Part shown: positions 56,126-64,000 of the stretch, one piece after another
How positions within the stretch are numbered: the first letter of the stretch is position 1
Layout: each line of letters starts with the position of its first letter
NCBI GenBank assembly: GCA_964016885.1
Contig: OZ024743.1
Coordinates: forward strand, 121,396,001 to 121,460,000
Direction of reading: 5' to 3'
Length of the DNA: 64,000 nucleotides
From: Eledone cirrhosa
Lineage: Eukaryota
Translations under genes and position numbers: made by a program
The notes under the pieces: generated by a model
Databases searched by the model: none
What the model was told of the DNA's origin: nothing
What the model saw: only the letters and a program-made list of their open reading frames with translations

Positions 56126-56268
56126 GACGAACCCACAACATACACACGTCAACATACATACCTACATCAGCACACATCTCTACCCACATATAAACACAAT
56201 GACACACGTATAAACACACATGCTCTATGGTGCAATACAAAAAATATATGTGCATATATATGTATGTA

Positions 56269-56311
<43 letters not shown>

Positions 56312-56460
56312 AATATATGTATGTGTATATATATATAGTGAATATCATTTCACACCTTTTATTGTTAAGATTTTTGATGTTCTATTAAGAGAACCGATTT
56401 TACTGAAAAAATCGAATAATGTACACCATTTTACCATTTGGAAAAAAATACTGGTCCACC

Positions 56461-56492
<32 letters not shown>

Positions 56493-56530
56493 AACACATA
56501 CACACGCGTACATCAACATACAAAGAGACT

Positions 56531-56569
<39 letters not shown>

Positions 56570-56668
56570 TTCTCCGTATAAGACAAAAGCTGAAAAATAT
56601 CTTTTGACATGCTAAAATACCCCCCATTGCTTTCAGACACATTCTTACTGACCATCGAATTACTCTGC

Positions 56669-56705
<37 letters not shown>

Positions 56706-56774
56706 ATCTTAATAGCCATTTGACACACATCGCTGCTGGCCATTGTCGCAGCATCGAACACCTTACTACTACTA

Positions 56775-56850
<76 letters not shown>

Positions 56851-56896
56851 ACATACACACACACACATATTTGTTGTGAAAGAGTCATTTCTCAAT

Positions 56897-57123
56897 CTTG
56901 GCGCAAAACCAATTTGTTATCCACATGACCTCTACCGACCAATCAAAATTGTTTTGACCAAGAATTTTTGCTGGAGCCACTTTTTTAACATAAAAACAGT
57001 TTTGGCGCAAAATCAACTTTTTACATTCACATGACCTCTACCGACCAATCAAAATTGTTTTGACCACAAGCATTTTTGCAACACAAAAATAACGCTGGAG
57101 CCACTTTTTTAACATAAAAACAG
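56897..57123 (+). repeat. Tandem duplication (~105-120 bp) in the PLE 3' region, with TTGGCGC and CCAAT motifs
   Basis: ttggcgcaaaa...cacatgacctctaccgaccaatcaaaattgttttgacc...gctggagccacttttttaacataaaaacag occurs twice. Confidence 0.85.
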
Positions 57124-57570
57124 GTAGAATTCCCAAAACTAATCAGATCAGAGCAAACAGCACGGACACTCTATCTCAAAATTATTTTTGAAAAGCATTT
57201 AGAAATGCGCAACCGGTAAAAACTTAAAAACTTAAAACCACAACTGAATACTAACCCATACAATCACTAATACTCTTTTATTCCTAATTAAACAATTTTT
57301 CAACTGTGAACAATTTGTCAGCATTTTCTATTCCGTTTACCAATATATAATAACTTGTGTGTTACACCTCTATTCTTTTAACTATATATATATATATACA
57401 TATATATAGGGGGGGGGTCAATTAGTATGGGGAAGTGACACGAGTTGCGTTGTAAAAGAATACGGGCTAAATGGGTAGGGAGATGGCTCTGCATCAAGTC
57501 TGGAATTAAAAGTAGTGATTAAATCCAGGTTATAAGGAAATTAGTTACCCTGTTTAGAGAGACTAGAAAA

Positions 57571-58826
57571 GGCTTTATTTATATTACGAAGATTTTGAAT
57601 GAAACAATTTAGAAAATTATTGTAGTAGAATTGATTAACCACATATCTCCAAATATTTAACATTCAATAACTGACACATTTCTACTTTTCTGTATCACAG
57701 AGGACACGGGAAAAGTATTGCAATACTAATAAAAATGTTGAAACTAGAAACCGCATCAAGAAGTTGGTTTTCCGAGAACTTACTGACATAGTTTTGACGT
57801 CATCACATGCTTCAAAAATTATTGATTTATGAGATCATTGTAAGGAAGGTAAATAAAACAATTGCTTCTGATGAGCCATGTACGTTTGCTGGCTTACCTT
57901 AGCATGTGAAACTATTCCACTTTACTTTCATCGCTTACAATCTCCTTCCATTTCCGCTTTTCTAAAAGGGTATCAATCTTTAGAGCTGTATAAGTAATAC
58001 TTGGCGCACACGTTTACAACTTGCTGCTGAATTCAACAAGATTTCCCAGACAAGGAAAAGATGTTTAAAATGTTTATATTCTAATAGAGAGAAATCAGAA
58101 CACATTAGAAACTCATTAAACCAGAATAAACATTTCCTATTTTAGACTGGGGACTATACAAATAAATGGAACGGCTCTGTTTCAACTTAAACGTCCTATC
58201 AAAGCTATTTCTGATGCTGCTTTTCACTGAAGATGTCATTTGAATCCTTGTCTTTAGAGGGTCTCTCTCAATGTTTTTATTGATATTCTCTCCCTATTAA
58301 TTATAGTTACAATCTATATTAAACTACTGGTCCGAATTAGAAAGATGTATGAAAATAAAAAACAATCTTCTATGCCTTAAAACAGTGTTGTTCTTCAAAT
58401 GTTTGCTGTATTACCATTCCAGTATATATCGTATTATAGAACTACATACTAGTGTCATTTATCTAAAAGGTCAATATATTTATATTCTTATGTTAGCACG
58501 TTGTTGTTTCATAGAGAAACTCTTTCACTTCAAGCGATGTATATTTACACAGAATATTACTAAGACTGTTTACAATGTGGTTCATATATATTATCTAAAT
58601 AAGTTTCACCTTATAATTTTCTACAGTCATATAGTCTTAATAGAAGTGTATATTTAAATTGTAAGAGTTTGTTTATCTAGTTATCTCCAATATGTTCGAC
58701 TAGTTGATAGTATATGTTGTTTTTAATGTTAGGATCTCGTCTTGATTGCCTAAGAGAAAATGCTTGATGTGTTAGTGTTATGTTAATAGATGATTCGACA
58801 ATGGACAGGTCATTCGCAATACCACA
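57571..58826. repeat. Right arm of the ~1.25-kb inverted duplication
   Basis: Reverse complement of 48589-49844. Confidence 0.95.
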
Positions 58827-58859
58827 TATATAAGTGTGTGTGTATGTGTGTGTATGTGT

Positions 58860-58904
<45 letters not shown>

Positions 58905-59833
58905 GCGTGTGCGTGTGCGTGTGTGTGTGTGTGTGTTTTACCGCTTACCACATCAGCAATCTGGTGAAATATGATAAAATGAAATTTCTGTTATAGTTAC
59001 ATTTCAAAATTGATTCGGAACTTTCATCTCAGAGCTTAGAAAATTGAATGTGTGGATCAGTTTGTCATCTTTACAGAAGACGCAAAATTTAAAGGAAATA
59101 TTGCATTTCATGCTAAATGGCAGCTGATGTTAAAAATACAAATATTGAAATGCCATATGTGACATGTTAACTCTCTGCTATTCCCTATGTCTATATTATT
59201 AAAGGTTAACATGCACTTTTAATAGCGGCATTTGATACGGCAGTTCCCACTCATTCTCATATGAAATTCGGGGGCTTCTTTTTTTGTCGCCTGAAACCGA
59301 ACCTGAAGCTTGGTAGATTAGCGAATAAACTTTATTTTAGGAGTTGCAGATTTCTAGATCGGCATTTTACTGAATGTGTTCATGTAGCCATTGGGTGATT
59401 TATTGTGTGACATGGTGCGCCTACTAACAGCGTTAATGTTCTTCGTATCTGTCATCCAACTATAACTGACTTTTAAAGTTTGTAAATTGATTAATTTTCA
59501 ATATTTATGATCTCTAAGGAAATGTTTCTCGATCAGGAGCCTTTGTAATAATAATAAAAAAATTACTTCATCTTCACTAAATATTCTAATATCTTTTAAT
59601 AAAAGATCAAAGTTAATTTCGAAAGAATGCTATAGAAATTAGTTTATTGCATCAAGTTTCAGAAAAGCCATTTAGGAAGATTGGGCTTAGAACAATATTA
59701 TGTACTAACCTGTGATGGTTGTATAGGATAGTGAAATATATATGTGTGTGCGAGTATGTGTGTGAGTGTGTGAGTGTGTGAGTGCGTGTGTGTGAGTCTG
59801 TGTGTGTGTGTGTGTGTGTGTGTGATTGTTGGG

Positions 59834-59932
<99 letters not shown>

Positions 59933-60794
59933 GGTGTCTGTGCATGCAATCAGAGGTAATCCAATGCTAAGCTGAACTAACAGTAACATATCAAACCATT
60001 TAGTCAACCAGATATTACGTTCTCTTTTTATTTTTATTTTCACTACTAACTACATAGTGTTCGTTTATCTCGATCCCTCGTAAATAACCAAAACAGATTG
60101 TTTGAATATGGGATTGTATACTCCCCTATATTCGACGAAATCATATCTATTCCAGCGAAAAATAACTATATCAAACGTTTGATAATCTAATGTCAGATGT
60201 TATTAAATAAATGTGATGGGAGTTATATTATTACAAAAATTATGACGTTACACCAGCTTGCGGCACATTCGGAATAATAACCTGTAACACTTTGTTACGA
60301 TCAAAGGATTTAAGAACTATAGAGTGGTTTGCTTAGAGATATCCTGCACGGTAAAATTATATATAAAACGTATTCGTAAGTTTTATATCGAATAATGACA
60401 ATATTCGATTCGTTTGCAAGGAAAAAGTATCATTATGCTATGTTTTTTATTTGACCATCACCATCTTTTTGTTCAAGCTGTGACAGGAAGAAACAACCGA
60501 CAATATTGTTTCTGGGTTATTGCCCTTTGTCAAGGTTGTATATATCTCTCCTGTTGCTCACTAGAACTCTTCAGAATATATAGTATTCTATGAAGTATAG
60601 ATTGGTTGATTAGCCTAATTTGCATACCGAGTGATTTTACGGCCTGCTTTGCGGAAAATTAAAAACAAAATTAGAATTTGATTTTTCGATCTAACAGTAA
60701 AATATATTCATGAGTTTATATTGAATAATAAAGATATTCGATTCGTTTACAAGCAAACAGCCGCATTGCGGTATGTTTTTTGTTCTAGCGGCAA

Positions 60795-60916
60795 CATAGT
60801 TCAAATCCCACCGATGTTAACTTTGTCTTTAATCCTTACAGGGTCAATAGAATAAAGTACCAGTAATGCACTGAGATAATTGCTGTCCTTGTGCCAAAAG
60901 TAGAAACAATTATTAT
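60795..60916 (+). mobile_element. 5'-truncated SINE family A
   Basis: gttcaaatcccaccgatgttaactttg...gtagaaacaattatt. Confidence 0.8.
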
Positions 60917-63059
60917 TCGATATAAATCTCATGAATACAATTTACGTATCCACTAAAGTAAATAGAAAAATTCAGTTCTAAATTTTTGTTTTTATATATA
61001 AAACGCTTTCCAGCGTAAACCTAAATCTAATTTAATTACTATTAAGCCCCTTAATATTAACCCGCTCGAAACTATATCTGGTTCTATAAAACAAACCAAG
61101 CAATTTGAATGAGGTCTTTTTAAATAAAAATTTTCCAACTCAATTTTATATAAGAAACATTAAATTTCTATCTTAGTAATGAAATAATTAATAATTTTAG
61201 TAAATCCATAAAATTTCTTCGTCAATTTATTAAAATAGATTATATCTAGATTGTAACTACCGTTATAACATGGTTAACGACTAAAATATGTTCACGTCTT
61301 TTTTAAAACAAATAACTTATACAAACTAGATAAGGGTAAATACATTAATTCTTAATGGACAATATTACAGGAAATATGAGCTAGCACAAATACACTCGAT
61401 GTCATGAACCAAAAGATGGAAAATAATGGTAAAAGCACTTAAACTTAATAGGAAAATACGCTTTTTAGCAAAGCGTGAATTATGAATTACTTATAAAGAC
61501 CACAAGAACGATAGCATAATCCACACTTGCAAGCTACTAATTCTTGTTGCAAAGAGTGATCTGGGCAGTTCAGCGAGAAAATACTGAACAAATGTTGAAG
61601 TTAGAAACGTTTGTAGATTACAATAGAATGACAATGTCGTAGTAGCTAACTGTTTATTTTCAAATAGCTTCTCACCAAAGACCTAGGATTGGGTACAATA
61701 TATTGTGATATCAATGAAATTAATGCCAATATGACAATGTGCGCCAGAATGTCAGTTTCCAGCAGAGATTCTATATGGGTGAATCATACTGATGACTTAC
61801 ATGATGATGCAATGAACTGCTGTGATAGAACTAGGCTCTTTCCTCTAATTGGATTATTTATCCTTGGAAAGTTTAAATTTTATATATTCCACTTCAGCTT
61901 CTATAGCGAGGACGGTTGAGCTATTTCCAACATAAACAGGCATGCTTTCGATAGAATAGAGATATATAGTTAGTACTTTTAAATCATTTGGGCTTAACAT
62001 TGCTGTAATAACATTGCTGTAATGTCACAATAGCCAACTTCATAGACACAGCCTTTACAATACCAAGTAGAAAGTAGAATGAAAAATCATTTACATTGAT
62101 GGCAACTTCGGCTATCCAATTTCAATTTTAGTAATGTTTTGGTAATATTAATGGAAGAGTATCCATCATCTTAATAAATAAAAGAACAATGGAACTGCAA
62201 CTTACTACAATAAAACATTGGAAAATATTGGAGATGGTTAACGTATTGTATTTATCTCCATGCCAGAACAAATCCCAGTTACTGGAGCCAAAATCGGTAT
62301 GTAAATTGGTTTAATCCACCTTTTAGTCTTAGTAAAATCAAACATTACTGTACGTTTCCAAATTTGATCCAGAAATATTTGAAATTATTTGATTGGCAGA
62401 ACTTAAATGCTAGACAGAGTTGAATGACTGATACATGGAAAGGTAATCACTGGTAGTAAGTGCTTGAAGCCACACGAAAACCTCACCCAACCAGCATGTG
62501 AACAATCCGTAAAATACTAATCTAGAAACCTGCAAATACCTAAGAAAGGATATGTGCTCCTTACGTAATATATTCAAAACTGGTTCGTATATCTGCTAGG
62601 CTACAGTTTTGGTCCAATGGAATAGATAATATTCTCTAAATTCTATGTTAGTATTTACAGGTTCACAGATATATCTTTCGACTAACAAACGACAGAAATA
62701 GAGCAGAATTATCAAGCAACGTATGGCACTTCAAAGATAACATTAGTAATTTTAATTTTACTTGGTGTAACGGCACTGCAGCAATATAACTAATGCTCTA
62801 AATTCTGCTACCTCTGTAATGCTTCTCCAAATTTTCTCCTTAAATAGAAGGTCAGTGTTAATTTCCAAATGTCACCGTGAAAATAAATTCATTCTAATAA
62901 ATCTCAATAGAGCCATTAAATCACGCTGATAAAAGAGAACATCAAGTACGCAAGACTGATCAGTGCCGATAGAACAGTATATTGAAACGTGTGTGCATAC
63001 ATCCGTACGTATACTGTTGTTGCCATTTCGAAATGTAGTCCAGTATATATATATATATA

Positions 63060-63110
<51 letters not shown>

Positions 63111-63111
63111 T

Positions 63112-63202
<91 letters not shown>

Positions 63203-63395
63203 CGCATCCATATGAAAGTAGGTGTGCATTTATATCATTTTTATTGAGGGTCTAAATTTCTATGCATGCACGAACATGTATGTGGACATTTAAACGTTTC
63301 TGTGAGTGTGTAAGTCTACACTTGTGTATGCGTATCAGGAGATATAATTATGTATGTATGCGTGCCAGCGAGTTTGCGTGCCAAGAGGCAAAGCA

Positions 63396-63481
<86 letters not shown>

Positions 63482-63486
63482 CCACA

Positions 63487-63517
<31 letters not shown>

Positions 63518-64000
63518 ACTCTCTTTCTCTCTCTCTCTCGTCTCACACTTTATTTCTCTTGTATTTTCAGTATCTCTACTTCTATCATGCTATTTCTGAG
63601 GGAGCAAATACTTTTATCTGTGTCTCTATTAAACATCATCGAATGCTATTGTGAGTAGTGAAGCATTCTTGCTCGCTTCACGTTCTTACAATTGTGGGAG
63701 TGCTTCCACCAATGCAAACCAAGCACGAAATATATTTGTAATGGAGATTATATTATAAAAGAGAAGTTGAATCTCGAATACGTTTTGCACATGATAATAT
63801 AAGCAGATTTCAAATAAATTATGTCAATGATAAAGGTTTGTATCTTTCGGGATGGTGTGGGTTGTCAGTCGTTTGGTTTATTTGTGCTTCTAGCAATTGT
63901 ATAGATGAGAATTTATTATATTAGGCTTGGAGTGGGTTCATAACTTCAAAGGATAAACTGCTCAAAGGGATGTTTATTCTGTGAGATAATGGTAGAGCAT

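Larger units (their letters stand above)
52842..57383 (+). mobile_element. Penelope-like retroelement (Neptune-like), 5'-truncated with an inverted pLTR piece, inserted in (TA)n
   Basis: 52842-52957 is the reverse complement of 57231-57348; RT + GIY-YIG coding region; (TA)n on both flanks. Confidence 0.92.

Overview
AT-rich, microsatellite-dense animal DNA made almost entirely of repeats. The Nin-type tRNA-derived SINEs and the (TA)n/(CA)n load suggest a cephalopod, probably Octopus (inference). No host gene can be firmly called. Contents: a nearly intact Penelope-like element (PLE; RT + C-terminal GIY-YIG, ~52.8-57.4 kb), several truncated PLE remnants, an internally deleted Helitron, mariner and hAT transposase relics, RTE-type LINE fragments, an R4/Dong-type LINE in a (CATA)n array, more than 15 SINEs and a 1.25-kb inverted duplication. 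Two observations stand out. (1) The PLE has an upstream coiled-coil ORF1 joined to the RT frame by a correctly phased T_TTT_TTA slippery heptamer, a candidate -1 ribosomal frameshift. (2) About ten type I hammerhead-ribozyme motifs, from intact to degenerate, lie in small fold-back or partial-tandem elements inserted into (TA)n tracts, some with an octamer motif just upstream. Coordinates of degraded repeats are approximate, and all alignments and folds were done by eye.
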